Assembly: GCF_009914755.1 (NCBI RefSeq)
Contig: NC_060939.1
From: the human T2T-CHM13v2.0 reference genome, Homo sapiens
Direction: 5' to 3' (one strand)
Length of the DNA: 64,000 nucleotides
Part shown: positions 41,215 through 56,800 of the stretch, in pieces
Position numbering within the stretch: position 1 is the first letter of the stretch
Layout: each line of letters starts with the position of its first letter
Notes under the pieces: model-generated
Databases searched by the model: none
What the model saw: the letters and a program-made list of their open reading frames with translations, nothing else
What the model was told of the DNA's origin: nothing
Translations under genes and position numbers: made by a program

Positions 41215-41341
41215 GACATTTAGTAGAGACGGGGTTTCACCATGTTAGCCAGGCTGGTCTCGAACTCCTGACCTCAAGTGATCTGCCCGCCTCGGTTTCC
41301 TGAAGTGTTGGGATTACAGGCGTGAGCCACCGTGCCCAGCC
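40753..41341 (-). mobile_element. AluS-like element split at its linker by the inverted copy
   Basis: Right arm 40753-40966; left arm resumes TTTAGTAGAGACGGGG at 41219. Confidence 0.9.
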
Positions 41342-43027
41342 TATAGACAAGAAAGCCAGGCTGTGCACATCACATGTGACTGAGAAGAGTCTACATTTGA
41401 AAGAATAAGCTAAATTCCACAGAACTACAGTGAACCTTGAAAATCACTGACCTCTCCTCTTCTTTCTCAGTTTTACTTGTTTCTTCCTCAAATGTTGCCT
41501 CATTTTTGTTGAGCAAAGATCTCCAAATGGGTGACAGCCTTTCCTATTCTTGGGCAATACGCTTCTAAAGGGTGGGGTCTGATAGTGAACTTGCATTGTT
41601 TGGGATTTGTATGAGTCTAATTTCTTTAATTTGGCTATTTTAATTATAGCTGAATAAAAGTAAATGACATGTTCCAAACCCTTTTTTGGGCTTTCCCAAA
41701 ACAGCTTCCTTTAAAGAATCATGAAATGAACCCTGATTGGCATCTCAGAGTGTGAGCCGTCTTCCAAGAAGGATGTCTACTGAGATTGTAAGAAGTGATC
41801 TTTGAGACTAACCAAAAACCCACTCTAAAGTTTCCCTGTTCCTTAAATACAGAGATGTGAAAAAAATATACAAACAGAAAAAGAAGGGAAATAAACTTCA
41901 AGAGCTCTTTGGGAAGAGTATCTATCTACTTTTCATATTATTAAAATGTCACCTTTATGACACTTCGAGTTTGATTAAAACGGCGCACTTGCTTTATCTG
42001 GATGGGCCATGAATCCTGGTTAATTATGGTGTTCTATAAATAAACATACTCCACAACCCAACTCAGACTTGACATCTCTTAGCTGACATCTGAAAACTTA
42101 CCCTTTGCATGTTTTCAAAGTGTCAGCTTGATAAACCTAAACTTTGTAGGGTTTCTGTGGATGGAGACTTTTATGGAATAAATAGATTAACAGATCAGTG
42201 CAGAAAACAAGGACACAGGGAGGAGGTACTGTAGCTGCTGTTCACTCCCGATTTCAGGTGACTGCTTTCTGGACTGAGGTGTCACACTGACCGAGGTTTG
42301 AACGTATACTTTGCAGCTTACAGGCTGTGAAGCCTCGGGGACATAACTTCACCTTTCTGAGCTTCCGTTCCCTCAGGTGGGAAATGAGGACAAAAATGCC
42401 CAACTGTGTAGTTGTCAACAGGATCAAACAAAAAAACACACATAATGCAGACTACAGAGCTTTGGAACAGTTGGTGTGAAAAAGGAAAACTGGATCAAGA
42501 GAAAGGTTAATAAACCAAAATAAAAGCACTTTTGGAAAATATAAACACTCCAAAAAGAAAAACTCAGGTAAGCATCTGTCCATTTAAGCAGAAACAAGTT
42601 CAGCGGTGGAACATGAAACTGCAGGTGGCGTGAGGTCAATGTCATGAGTTAGTGGCCAAGGCCGCCGTGCTGAGTCCGGCTTCTCCTCCGGGTGAGCCCG
42701 CTTCCTGTCCCCGTTCCTCAGCATGGCACTGCCCACGAGCAACTGGCACTGAGAAGCTCCGGCTGCAAATACCCATACTTCAAACATTTTCCTTTGTGAA
42801 AAGGAACAAGCCAGATACTATTCTTAGGAAGAAAAAAACCACAAGCCTTTTTCCTGCAAGTAAGCTCAGCAAGTTTGACCGTCCCCCACTCCCTGCATCC
42901 ACACAAGGGTTTTCATTATTCACAGTGTCAGAATACAGAGCAGCGTTCTGTGCCTCCAAACCCAGGCCGCGCTGGCCCGTTCAGAGGGCCCGAGGCTCAA
43001 GGATGGCAGGGAAGCTCTACGGGTTAA

Positions 43028-43390
<363 letters not shown>

Positions 43391-45181
43391 TCCTTATTTA
43401 TTTATATGACTGAATACAGCAGCATCTCCAGTCACTGGGTCTTCATTTACCAATAACTGGTAAATGAAGAATGTCCATGAGCATTTAAAAATAGTTTTAA
43501 AAAATCTCAAAATCTGCAAAGGCTATGACATGAGTCACCAACTTTGGTTATAAACTAATGTGGGGTGTCACACACCTTGAAGGTTGTTCAGTTGTACCTG
43601 CTGGAGAAAGGAAACACCACAAACCAAGGGATCACCGAGTGGAAAAACAGCCTTCCTGCTACCAAGCATTAGGCCCAGGACAAGGGCGAGGGCAAAATCA
43701 TTTCAGGAGAGCTGCACGTAAGTGGATTTACAAACTAGTTAGCACATCTGCCTTGCAGAACTGGAGCAAAAATGGCTTGTAGCTCTGGAAAGGAAGCCAC
43801 TTGGACCAGGAAGAACAGATAAAGAAGGATGACTCACACAAGCACCACACCACTGCAGGTTAGCTGAGCCATATGGGAGGAATGCATGCACACGCACTGG
43901 GACACACGTGACAGAGAGGGACACAGGACATCGAGGTCCTGTGTGAGGGGCAGCAGCAGCCAGGACGGTGTTTGTTTTCACCCAGGCAAGAGGCTGCCCA
44001 GTGAGCACACTGGCACGAGGACAGGCTGCTAATGAGCAGCAAGAAGGAGGAAGAATTGTCCCCACCTTGGCTGTCCCCATCAGGGAAGCCCTCCCTGCCT
44101 CCTGGCCAGGCACGTAGTCACCCTTCCCAGAGCACTCATGGCAGCATCCATACCATGACTGGCACATAGCCAATCACCCAGGGAGCTTTACACACACACA
44201 CACACACACACACACGCGCATGTTTACACACATGCATATTCACACAAGGCCATGTGTGCACGCACACCCCTATATCCGAGGCTCTGGGGCAGGGCCTGGG
44301 AATGTATGTTGCTTCTGATGATCAGCCAGGTTTGAACTTCACTAGGACTAGATAAAACTCTAAAGGCACTTCCAGCATTAGAGGACAATGATTTTATGAA
44401 ACATGCACATATTTTTTAAAGAGCCATTTTTTTCTCTGTATTTTCTCTTGGAGGAGGGATATGCTTTTCTCTCTTTGGAGACATGAATTGACTCTGTCAC
44501 TTGAGGGATGTCAGCAGGTCACCTCTCACTGCCCCATTGGGCACACACTCCTGGGGCTGCTGAAAGGCTCAGCTATGAGGCAGGCGAGCCAGGAGCCCAG
44601 GCATGCAGGCTAACAGCCCGCAGCCCAGAATGAGGATGCGGGGGTGACCCAAAACCAGCACACTCCAAGAGTAAGACTGAGCCATACTTCTTCCCAGGGC
44701 TCCCCTGGATCCAGGTGGTAACACTGGCCTTTGGTGCACGGGGACTAGCAGTGGCCTCTCAGCATCCTGTTGGTCTCACCAATGCCACCTCTTTCAGGTT
44801 TGGTTGGTTATATTCCTATCGTCCTGACATCCTAACAGCTACCATGTAGTGGGTGCACTGATTGATCCCCCTCCCTGTGCACCAGGCACTATGCCAAGTG
44901 CTCTGTCACACTGACCAACTGTCACCCCAAGTTCTTGTGAAGTGCTCTTATTAGCTCCATGGTACAGATTGGAGAACAGGGTTAGTCATCTGCCCAGGAG
45001 TGCAGAGCCAGGAGCTAGGGTGTCAGCAGGGCCACCTGACCTCGAGGCTGTATTCTTAACCTAGCGCATGTTCATTCCTTAAGCCTTCTGGAACGAAGCC
45101 TCCTCCCACCCATCTTGCCTCTGGAGAGGAGACAGCAGAGTCCCAGCCCCTGGCCTCTGTGCAAGGCATCTCCTGGCTTAC

Positions 45182-45594
45182 CTTGGCCAGCCTCGCTCGC
45201 TTGATGAGGTCGTTGAGCTTGCGCACCGCTGCCTTCTGGGGGAGGCTCTGGATGTCTCTAAAGAGGTCCTGGGCCTCAGCCTCGAAGAGCCGGCGGTTGT
45301 CCGTGTTCTGCAGGGGCTGCGCCCAGAAGGAGCCAATGTAGACGCGCAGTACCTCGGGCGTGTTGATGACCTTGCCTAGGGACCACATGAGGGCCCCGTA
45401 GACCCGCATCAGCTGCTGCGTGTCCACTTGGTCGGCCTTGTTCAGCACGACACGGATCTTGTCGTCCTGGCCCCGGAAGGCCTTGATGGCCTCTGAGAAT
45501 TCATCTGAGATGTCCAGCTTGTGAGCGTCAAAGAGCAGGATGATCCTGTCCACCCTCTCGGCAAACCACTGCAGGACCTGGCAGAAGTCATAGC
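45182..45594 (-). CDS. EHD4: EHD4 third-last exon, G-domain ([32 protein letters not shown]...ARLAK)
   Basis: 413 nt, NKAD G4 motif, AAG|GTAAGC donor; upstream exons lie beyond the right edge. Confidence 0.97.
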
Positions 45595-48078
45595 CTGGGT
45601 GGAGAGAAGGACACGTCAGTGTAGCCACTGCTGCAGGAGACACGTTTAATGGGCGGCTCAGGAACAGTCTCGCTCTCCAGCAGCTGCCAGGGAGAGAGCC
45701 CTGTCTCCAACCTGGAGGCAGTGGAGGCCTGGTGACATGAAAATCACGGGCTGGATGAATCCGGGTGGGAAGGACCTGGGGAGCCCTTCCACAGGAGGAG
45801 GGAGGAAAGAGAATGGGGCTCATGGTCACTTTGGGAATTGCTGACTTTCATATCTGCGATTTCATTTAGTCCTCATGAGTGTTTTATTTCACCTAATACA
45901 GACCTTTTGCTTGATGGCAGAATTGATCAATGGTTTTATAAAAACACAGGCCATGGGTCAAAAGATCTTACTTCTGAAAAGTCTCACTTTTCTGAAAGCC
46001 CCAAATACAGAAGAAAGAGAACCAGAGGCCACCTGGCATCCCATGGGGGTATCCAGTAAGCATAACAGAAGAGGCATCGCCTTCAATTAACCCAAGTTTG
46101 TAGAGTGCTGAGGAGGTCAAAGGTTGGCCCAGCCAGTGTTGTGATCAGTATTTATCTTTGGACTATTTATAACTCAGGTATATTGTGAATATTTTTTTAA
46201 CATTACGTATCACAGCCATTGTGTAAAATGGTCTCTTGCCAATTTCTTTTTTTAAAATGGCCTGGCCCACAGCAAATTCTGTCCAGCCTATTCTGACCAC
46301 CTCCACAAATCATGCAGCTGCATAAACACTCTTCAGCCCAAGGTCAAGGCTCTCAGGCCTTTCCCCAGGGAGGCAGATTCCCACGAAAAGCAAACAAGAG
46401 GAGGCCAAGCCCACAAAGTTGACTTTTAATCTCAGTCTGACTAGTTGCAGAAGCAGAGTCTCAATCCAGCCCAGCTAGTGCTGAGATGTCACCTGCCTGA
46501 CCCCCATGCTAGGGGTCGTCTCCCCTCTTCTTTTAGATTTTGAAAACTTTCAAACATACATAAACATCTGTAAGTCATATAATGAATGCTGATGTACCTA
46601 CCACATAATTTTAACAAATGTTGACACTTTGCTTTGTTTGCTATTTCAGATATGTTTTAAAACCAAGTATCGTTTCTTTAGATAACAAAATACCATACGG
46701 TGGTGAGAAGGAACTAGATCTTCACTTGTCAACACAGGTAAATCTCCAGAAAAGAACAAGAGTAAAAGCTTAGTTTCAAAAGGACATATACAGCATGATA
46801 ACATTCATGTAAAATGTTAAAATACAAAATACTCAACCATCTGTGGATACAGACTATAGCACAAATACAAAAATGTCAACATCGATTGTGAGACCCTGGT
46901 TGGCTGTGGGGGTGGAGAAGGTGTGAATCCAAGGCAGAGGAAAAAGTATCTGAGGTGAATAATCTATTAGGTGAAAATAAAGAGGGTCTGCGGACTAAGG
47001 TTTCCATGCATTTGAAGAACAGGTGTTAGAGGAATAGCTGAACAAGCAAACTGGATTCAGGTCCATTTTTCATAAAGAAAACAAGACAGTTGGTAACGCT
47101 GAAGCCCCCTGTGCACCCCTCCCTGAGCCCTTCCCCCCACTAGGAGGCCGCTGTCCTGAGTGTGGTGTTTATGCCGCCACACGCGTGGATACTTCCAGTT
47201 CATGCTTTTCATTTCTCTGTTCTGTCTCACTGCGGCACTCCCTGACTCCTTGGGGATAAGGAAGACAAAGGCAGTTCTCGGAATGTGGGCCAGAGTTTAT
47301 TTTCATTGCTGTCAGCAGCCAGTTTAGGTCAGAGGAATATCAAAGACCTACTGACAGGGTCACACATAGTCAAGGTTTCACTCTGAGTTCTGTCCCTGAA
47401 AGGCCAGAACAAACTGCCTCCTAGGGTAACACTAAGTGCTACTGCTATTTGAGACAGACGTGTGCACAGACAGCCCTAGCTCACAGGATTGTAGGTCCCC
47501 AGCGGATGAATGAACTGGCTGTTTGCTGGGTGCCGGGAAGATGCTTTGGAGCCACCCATAGATGGACCTGCATGGGGACTTGCTTTTCCAGGAGAGATGA
47601 TTGATTCACCATGCTGACCTGACCACTCTCCCACGTGGTCTTCCTAGTGATCAGATGGGGTATCTGAAGGTTCAGAAACAGATCAAAGAAAACGCTGTGC
47701 ACATGGAGTGAATGTGAGTTGCTTTTGCTGAATACCCTTCCTGTTGGGTCAGGAGGTATCCTTTATGGGTTGTGGAGGCTGAAGGTGTGGCAGAGAGTCC
47801 CTCGCCCCATTCCTTAGCAAGCTGGGGCATAAGCATGTGATCTAGAGTTAGACATTCACTTCCTTCCACCAGAGAGGAGTGCTGAACCTTGGGGAAATGA
47901 CACGAAGACACAGTGAAAATAAGAATTTACTCATGGTGGTGGCGGCTTCCTAACTCTTTTCTAAGCCTAGTTCTCCAACTTTCCCATTAATCCTGTGACA
48001 AATTCTCCAAAACATTTTCTTTTCTGCTTAAATTAGTTAGAATCAGCTTCTTTGGTTTGCTATTGAAAGTGATGATAA

Positions 48079-48386
48079 GGCTGGGCACGGTGGCTAATGC
48101 CTGTAATTCCAGCACTCTGGGAGGCAGAGGCGGGAGGATTGTTTGAGGCTAGGAGTTTGAAACCACCTGGCAATATGGTGAGACCCTGTCTCTACAAAAA
48201 ATAAAAACAAATTAACTGGGTGTGGTGGCGTATGCATGTGGGCTCAGCTACTTGGGAGGCTGAGGCAGGAAGATCACTTGAGGCCAGGAGTTTGAGGCAG
48301 TGAGCCATGGACCCACCACTATACTCCAGCCTGGGTGAGAGAGTGAGACCCTGTCACAAAAACAAAACAAAACAAAACAAACAAAA
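48079..48386 (+). mobile_element. AluJ-like element
   Basis: Diverged dimer with (AAAAC)n tail. Confidence 0.87.
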
Positions 48387-49019
48387 CCACAATTGGTAAA
48401 CAATCCTCCCCTCACCCCCATTTAAGATTTCGGAATACCTCTTACTGTCGGTTCCGAAAGAAACCTGCCACCCAAACTGAAACACAGCTGCTGCTGCTAG
48501 CTGCGCTCGCGCCAACCCTGCCGTGCTTGTGCCAACCCAGCCATGCAGATGCAGTCTCTCTTCCTCCCAGGGCCGCCTGGGTTGAATGGTTACCTTTGAT
48601 TGCAACACTTGTGTTTAAACTTTAACTTAAATTTGAGTTCCTAACAGTTAATTTAAGCATCTTTAAAAAAGATGCCATTTCAATGCTATAGTGAAATCAA
48701 AAGTTATTAGGAACAGAGCTGCCAGATTTAAGTTTACTATAAGTGACGCCAATACTCATGTCTGGAGGAACAGGTACATATCCATATTTTCTTGTGTTAA
48801 AGCAACAATGAGAGCTTAATATAGTTCGAGAAGTACAGGTAGGCAGAGCTGTGTTTGTTCTGTCCCTGAGCAGGTGTAAGAGGACGGTCTGTCACACATC
48901 AGGCAACACAATCAAAGGAGTAGAAATCACCGTGTCCAAAAGAGAGCAAGGAATGATCAAAGCTGGGAGAGGTTGGTCTGCTTACCACCTCCCCCTACAA
49001 AGTTAGGATTATTTTGCTA

Positions 49020-49290
49020 CTTTAAGCATTTTAAGTGTACTGCACAGTGGCATTAAATAAGTCACATTGTCGTACAACCACCACCACCATCCAACTGAAA
49101 CTCTGAACCCATTAAGCACTAATTCTCCCCTCCTCTCTCTAGCCCCTGGCGACCACCATTCTACTTTTTGTCTCTATGAATTTGACTACTCTAGGTACTT
49201 CAGAGAAGTGTCCTTTTGTGCCCGGCTTCTTTCACTCAGCACAACGTCCTCAAGGTCCATCTGTGGTGTAGCATGTGTCAGAGTCTCTCC
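49020..49290 (-). mobile_element. Old L1M 3' fragment
   Basis: CCACCATTCTACTTT..GTCTCTATGAATTTGACTACTCTAGGTAC motif. Confidence 0.7.
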
Positions 49291-49446
49291 CTCCTCCTAA
49301 GGCTGAATAGGTCGGCTTGATTCTTGTGTCATGAAGGACTCAGGCGGCAAATACCTAGCTACCCAAAAATCCCAGCGGATCTAACTCCCAACATGTCATT
49401 TAGTCTGCCTGCTAAAGGAAAACGGTGATTCAGAAGGACCTAGAGA

Positions 49447-49623
49447 CCACTGATCCTCAAAGCCTGTTCCTGTGTTGGAATGAAATAAGGGGCTTGCTAA
49501 AGTTTAGACTCCTAGGCCCCTCCCCAGAGCCACTGAATCAGAATCCCTGGGGCTGAGCCTGGGGATCTGCACTTGGAAGCTTCCCAGGTGATTGCAATGC
49601 ATGGTGCAGTTTGAGGATCACTG
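49447..49623. mobile_element. MER5-type hAT-Charlie relic
   Basis: CTGAATCAGAATC core and terminal TTTGAGGATCACTG. Confidence 0.65.
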
Positions 49624-50743
49624 TCTAGACTGAATACCAGGGTGGGGAAATTGTACAGATAGGTTTATGTTCCTGTTGGTTAGCAAGCAACAAAGCAAAT
49701 CAAACACATTTAAAGTAGTATTAGTTCCTTTTATTCCAAAAAGTTACCAATAGATGTTTAGGTGGTGCATCACAGGTCGAGGAAACAGAACTGAAACATG
49801 CTTATCTGAAGACAGATTTTAAAACTCACCCAAGCTCCCTGCTTTTGCCCATGCTGGGCTATGGCCCTGGTGAACCCTTCCTCTATGGTCTAGACTGAGC
49901 CTAGAAAGCCAGCCCAAACCCTAGTCATTCTTCAAAATATCTGGGCCAACTTTGATTAAGTTAGACATTACTTAACGTTAAGCTCCAGTTTTTTTCACCT
50001 GTAAGATCGGGTTGTTGAGTGATTACCTGAGAAAATGCTTTTATCCATAAGGCATTGAGACTTTGTTAACTTTCAGCAAATTTGAGCTGTGGTTACTCTG
50101 GTTTCCTCAACTGCTCCCCATCCTGAGTTCCCTTGCCTGTGCTGCCTATGGCACCACTTCACACAGGGTATTAAAATCAGAGGGATGGGCTGGTCTCTTT
50201 CATTAGATTATATATTCTCTAACCACAGGAACTGTGTCTTCATCATGGTCACACAAGATAGTGGCGGACAATGTGGGCCTTGGACCCAGACTGCCTGGGA
50301 CCTTCCTGGCTCCATCACTTACTAATTCTGCGACCTTGGGCAAATTACTTCACCTCTCTGTGCCTCGTTTCCTCATCTGTAATAACAGTGTCTTGGGGCT
50401 ACCCTAGGGCTGATAATAGTATCCACAGGCCTCAGGAGCTGCAGAGTTAATATACGTGAAGCATTTAGAATCACCTTGGCACCTAGAAAGCTGTCCAAAA
50501 TGCTATCTACTGGTTATTTAAAAAATCTTTGTATCCAGTGCCTGGCATACAGGGGGGATGCAAGAAATATTTGTGGGAGAAGTGACAGAAAGCAGGCAGT
50601 GGCTGCCTATGACGGGAGCCCGGCTGGTGAGTGGAACAGACAAACAGGGAGCGTCTCAGGGTGATGGAAAGTTTCTATATCTTGATGATGGCCATAGTCA
50701 CACGAGTATGCAAATATGTCAAATTCACCAAACTGTACAATTA

Positions 50744-51052
<309 letters not shown>

Positions 51053-52045
51053 TTAATCATATGTTATACTTCAACAAAATTGACTTAAAAAGCAAAAGTA
51101 AATAGGAAGAAAAGAAAGAAAAATCCCAAGGCTGCTAAACTTGTTTAAAGATACACATCTCCACAAACTGCTGAATGGACCAGGAAGTTGAAATCTGTTC
51201 ATCAAGGGGCTACATACCTAAGCTGGCTGTATATGGAGGTGAACGAAGCTATAGTAGAAGCCTTAAGCTTTAGAAGAAATCGGCCTTAAGAACCACTCGA
51301 AGCGGCTAACCTGCATCCTGCTTTCTGGCCAAGGTGATGAAAACCTCTCATGGTGACAGAACAGGAGTGAGAATGCTCCAAGTTTGTGAGAACTGGTTTC
51401 AGCTAGGCACAATGCAACGTGGCCTGGGGCATGGAACGATCTGGACCTATGTGTGTTTGCATGTACTAGTGTGTGTTGTGGGTGCAGGACTCAACATAAT
51501 CATAGAATCATCCCACGGTGCTCAGTATATTTTCAACACTTATTCATGCAATTAATAGAAATTTCAATCCTTTAAGACCTTCCAGTGAAACTTGTATTAG
51601 TCTGGAACAAAAAAGAGATGTAATCAGTCCAGTTGTTTCAAAATATAGTTTCTTTCTTTGCCAAAGGACCCAAAAGCTACACAGCTTGGGGAACTAGGAG
51701 AAAGAATTTGTCCTGCGGAAGATCCCAGATTGGCATTCCTGGCTCCATGTTCTGGGAACAAAAGGAGGGGGCAGGAAGGAAGGAGCCCCTTCTACCCAAT
51801 CAAGGGCTTCCCGTCACAGCCCCTGTGGAAACTGTGGTCCTCCATCCTGGCCAGAGAAAGAGCCACCAGGGAATGGCATAAGGGGTTAGAACAGTTGCTC
51901 CCTGGCTCAGGTAAATATAGCACGGGGGTCCCTGAGGAAGCAAATTTGGCAGTCTATTTTTAATAGAACAAGAGAAAAATAATGCTTACATTTCTTTTCA
52001 GAGCCAAGTTTCTAATTATGAGTTTTAAACAAGATGTGTGTCTAT

Positions 52046-52180
52046 GGCCAGGTGCGGTGGCTCAGACCTGTAATCCCAGCACTTTGGGAGGCCAAGGCAA
52101 GAGGATTACTTGAGCTCAGGAGTTTGAGACCAGCCTGGGTGAGTGAGGCCCTGTCTCTACTTAAATAAAAAAAACAAAGA
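52046..52180 (+). mobile_element. FLAM monomer
   Basis: Single arm, TSD-like AAGATGTGTGT. Confidence 0.85.
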
Positions 52181-53216
52181 AAGATGTGTGTTAATGAAAG
52201 GATGCAAGGCAATGGAAGGCAGGCAGAAATGCAGCCGAGCTCCCCCTGCCATGTCCCTCCTCCCACTCCTGGGGTGGGCAGGGCCACTTGCCCGTGGTGG
52301 TGACGGAACACTGCCTAAAACTGCTCAAACCTCTCCTCTTTTCGAGGCCCTGCCCGCCCCTCCCATAGTTAGTAGCTCCAGTTCCATGTGGGCATTCCTA
52401 CCACTGCCCCCAGCACTTTCTGTGTGGCTCTGTCTGTGCAACCCCAGGCTCTCCTGGCTGCATGTTCACCTTTGTGTCCCTCCAGCACCCGTGCAGTGAG
52501 CATCCAGCACGAGGCAGGCACCAAGAGTTCCTTCTTGTCCCCAGGTTCCAACCTCACTAATCTAGCCCTCAGACGATCCCCATCCCTTCTTAGAACTCAA
52601 AGATTATCTCCAAAACTGTGAGTGTCCCTGATTATGTCTAGAATAAATGTTTCCAGAACAAATTCTCCATGACTAGCCTCTGCTGCAATTCTCAACCTTT
52701 GCTCAGTCTCTTACTAAGCCCCACCCTCTCCACTGCACAAACCACACTGGGCTCTGCTGTTCCGCAGCAGCATCCTGTACTTCCCTGTCTCCACACCCTT
52801 GCTCAGGCTTTTCTTTCTGTCTGGAATGCCCTTTCCTCTTCTCCAACTACAGCCACTCATCCCTCTGGGGAACTTTCCTCCAGGTGGCCTTCCCCCACCC
52901 AGTGGAACAGAACCGCCTTTCCTGTTTCCTCCTGATGGGGTCTGTAGCAGCCTGAGAGCAGGGCCAAGTCTTCACTGTGTCTGTAACCCAAAGGCCCACT
53001 GCAGATGCCTTACACTATCAAATCAGGTTCCCGGGGATAGAGTCTTATAGCTTTAATGAATTTCCTTCATAGCACTTATACTCTGAAATGGTATATACAT
53101 TTGCTGACTATAAGACAGAAATTCTGAGGGCAGAGACTCCACTCCTTATTCTATTCACCACTATACACCCAGGAATTACTACTGAGCACAGTAGGTGTTC
53201 AATACATTTGGTTTAT

Positions 53217-53835
53217 TCCTCCAAAAACTAAAAATGGAACTATCATATCATCCAGCAATCCCACTTTGGGTATTTGTCCAAAAGAACTGAAATCAGGACT
53301 TTGAAGAGATATCTGCACACCCATGTTCACTGCAGCATTATTGGCATCATTTCTTTATCCATTCATTCATTGATGGACGCTTTATGGCAACAGCCAAGAT
53401 GTAGAAATAAGAAAAGCATCCATCAGTGAATGAACGGATAGAGAAAATGTGGTGTACACATCCAATGGAATACTATTCAGCCTTAAAAAAAATTCTGCAA
53501 TATGCAACAACATGGATGGCCCTTGAGGAAAAAAACATGCTAAGTGAAATAAGCCCATCACAGAAGGACAAACATACATAATTCTACTTGTATAAGATAT
53601 GTAAAATAGTCAAACACACAAAATCAGAGAGGGGAACCATGACTGCCAGAGGCTGTGGGGAGAAGGAAATGGGGCTTTGCTAATCAACCAGCATAAAATT
53701 TCAGTTAGGCAAGATGAATAAGTTCTAGAGATCTGCGGAACCACACTGTGCCTATAGCCACATTGTGCTTGTAATGGATACTTAAAAATGCGTAAAGAGG
53801 GTAGATTTCGTTAAGTGTTCTTATCACAGTAAAAT
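53217..53835 (+). mobile_element. L1MA/MB-type 3' fragment
   Basis: CCAGCAATCCCACT, CCATGTTCACTGCAGCATTATT and GGAATACTATTCAGCC L1 motifs. Confidence 0.8.
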
Positions 53836-56800
53836 ACAGTAAAATTGGTTTAATCAAGTGAATTCACTTGAACAAGAAATGTAACTGATTTTTAGCAATC
53901 TGGCAAGTTTAGTTGCTTAAATAGTGGTATGCGTTTCTAAAAAAGGGTTGTTACTAACTAGGGGAAGTGTAAATCATCTCAAAGTAAACATCAACTATCT
54001 GGGATCGCTCAGGTATTATAAATACACTTCGAAAAGAGTCCCTTTAGTTAATAATAACAGCCACTTCAGGGCAAGGAGTCTCTGCATTGTTTCCTGGCTG
54101 AGTTTACTTCGCAACTAGAAAAGTCTGCTTCTGAAAATGTCTTCTGAAAATGTCATTGTGGCAGAGAGCAAAATGATAGCTATAAATCAACAACTGCAGC
54201 AAATATTTACTTAGCTCTTACTACATTCCTGCACTGCCCTGTGAGCTCCATATCACTACAATCTTGTAATCCTTGCAACAATCCCATGAAGTAGGTACTT
54301 TTATTACCCCCATTTTACAGGGGAGGAAAAAAGACTCAGAGAGGTTAAGTATCCGACCCAAGGCACACAGCTGTTTCTCAGGGGAGCCCGGATTCAAACC
54401 CAGGGACTCGGATCCTAGAGCCTGTGCTTTCACCCGCTGCGCTGCACCATATGTGTACCAGGATGGTAGAATCAGAGGTGAGTGTACTTTATTTTCTCCT
54501 TTTTGATTTGTGGTTTCCTAAGTGTTCTACAATGAATATATATTATTTTTATATCAAGAAAACAAATATGCATATTGTAAAAATTATTGGCCCACTTGCA
54601 TTATTATTGAGGAGGTTGTTCTTTTTCTTCTACAATGGTGCTTCTGGTGAAGGTCTGGATTCCAGCATTTCCCTGCCAGAGGCTATGGTGGGTGTGCCGA
54701 GCACCACCCTGAGGGGGAAGCAGTATCTCAGCAACTACACCCCCGAGGAAGAGGCAGTCCCCAATCAGCGGGAGCAATGGGACCTGCTGATGACAAAATA
54801 AGCCACAGAATGAATGGCTCTGCTCCACTGGCCTTCTCTCCTCCCTGCCCCCTTTTCCCCAGCTGACCAGATGCAGGGCAGTGGCAGGGAGGGGCTGATA
54901 CCAAACCCGGTCTGGGAGACTGCCCGGAGGGAACACAGGTTCCCAAGCTCCTTTTGGAGAGGCTGGATGTGAGTTCACCTCGAACCTTTCAGCTGGTAAT
55001 GGCCACCTCTTGGAGAATGTAACTGGTTACCAGAAAACCCCAGAGGTTGTCTCCCAGTACCTAGCCTAAAGTGGGTGTGGCCACAGAACCTACCAAAATT
55101 TAAATAAAAGCAAGAACTAGGCGTGTCCAGGGATGGCGTTGTGCTGTTTATCCGCTCTCTGCTCTTCCCACTCCTCCTTCCTTTGGGATTTTGTCCAAGA
55201 CTCTGTAAATTAATTTTTCTGTGCCTGTTTCCTCATAAAATAAACAAGCTAACCTCACAGCCTGTCCCTCCTTCCTCTGGGGGATATGTGACAATAACAG
55301 ATGGGTGAGCCACATGTCCCTGAAGGCCCCTCCAGGGCAAGGGCGGGAGAGCCCCACATCACAGGTTCGTGCCACGCCACAGACATGGGAACAGAGGAAG
55401 GTTCCACGCCAGTACTCGGCCCACTGAACGCTGCTGCTTCTGGGCATGTGACCAAGTGAAAGGGAAAATTGGGTTTCGCATCTCACTTTCCATCTCAGAT
55501 TAAATACCAGATGAAGAAGCAGGCCCATTTAAAGAAGGCTGAGCCCTGGAGAAAGACAGCAACATGGTATTATCAGTCATTTTAGGCTCTTTGCTGGAGA
55601 GGGAAGTTGGTAAAAAAACCTACCAAGAAAATCCTGTAAGTCCTGGAGCCTGGCTTAACAATTTCATTCTGCTGGGCCTCAGTTTCTATACCTGTGAGTC
55701 AGATGATCAAAAAGGATTCTTTCTAGATCTTAAATTTTAGCTATATAGGGTGGTTCCAAACAGTAAGCTTCTTTGAAATAAAAAGCCAGATTCCCAGGAA
55801 AATCGATTTAGCTCAGCGTCTGTATAGTACAGACACGAACTAGTTACAGTGCCAGCCTAAGATGACCCTTCAGATGGCTACAGTAGACCCTTCAGATGGC
55901 TACAGGAATACTGAATGAACAACTCTAAATGACACAATTATCAAACAGTAAGTTTCATTTTATTACATCCCTTCTACTGGATTCATGTGCTATATAGCAT
56001 TTGGGCCAATTTGAAGGTCCTTGAATGTTTCTATAGGTGTAATTAGTTGCCCCAAAGTTTAACTTATTGTCATCCAATTCCAAACAACTCTATACTGAAA
56101 GAAACTATCTGAGGAAGGGTTGTGGAATGTATGACTTCCAAGGATGCTTAAGAAGTCACCCCATCTAACCTTCTGATATTATTATATATTAGGATGAACA
56201 GATCCAGGAATCCCGTGTCACGCACATGGAAATTGTCCATTCCTCATTTTTCAAGTGGGCTTTGTGTATAAGTCAGGCTAGAAAGTCTCATACAATATGT
56301 CTATAAATCAGACGGAGTTGGCGTGGCAAACATTACTTGCACTGAATTTTCTTGAGGCAAAATGCCAACAGACTCCACCCAAATGTGATGAGGTCAAACA
56401 TTTATAAGCAAGGCTTTGACCGTGACAATGCATCTTGTCATTCTGTGGTTCAGAAGGGCAAAGGTAATGTTTCTTCAGGCTACAGTTTTCTAAAGAGAAA
56501 TGTTAAACCAACGGGATGACAACTGGGGTCATAAAGGGCTAGAAAGCAACTTCTGACCTGAAGACCCCACCCCTCGCCCTGCCCTGTTCCTCTTTTCAAA
56601 CATCTTGGCATTGCACAAGTGTCCTGCATGCCTGTGGACAACAGCTGGCACTGCAGACCAGCTCTAGCAATTAAGTTATCAGCTAACCAGCTCCTCAAGC
56701 CAAACTATTACTCAGAGACAGTTATTTCTGGGCTTATGTCACAGATGGAAAGAAAGACCCAGTCAGTGGGAACCATGGGAATCCACACGGGGCTCCTTAT

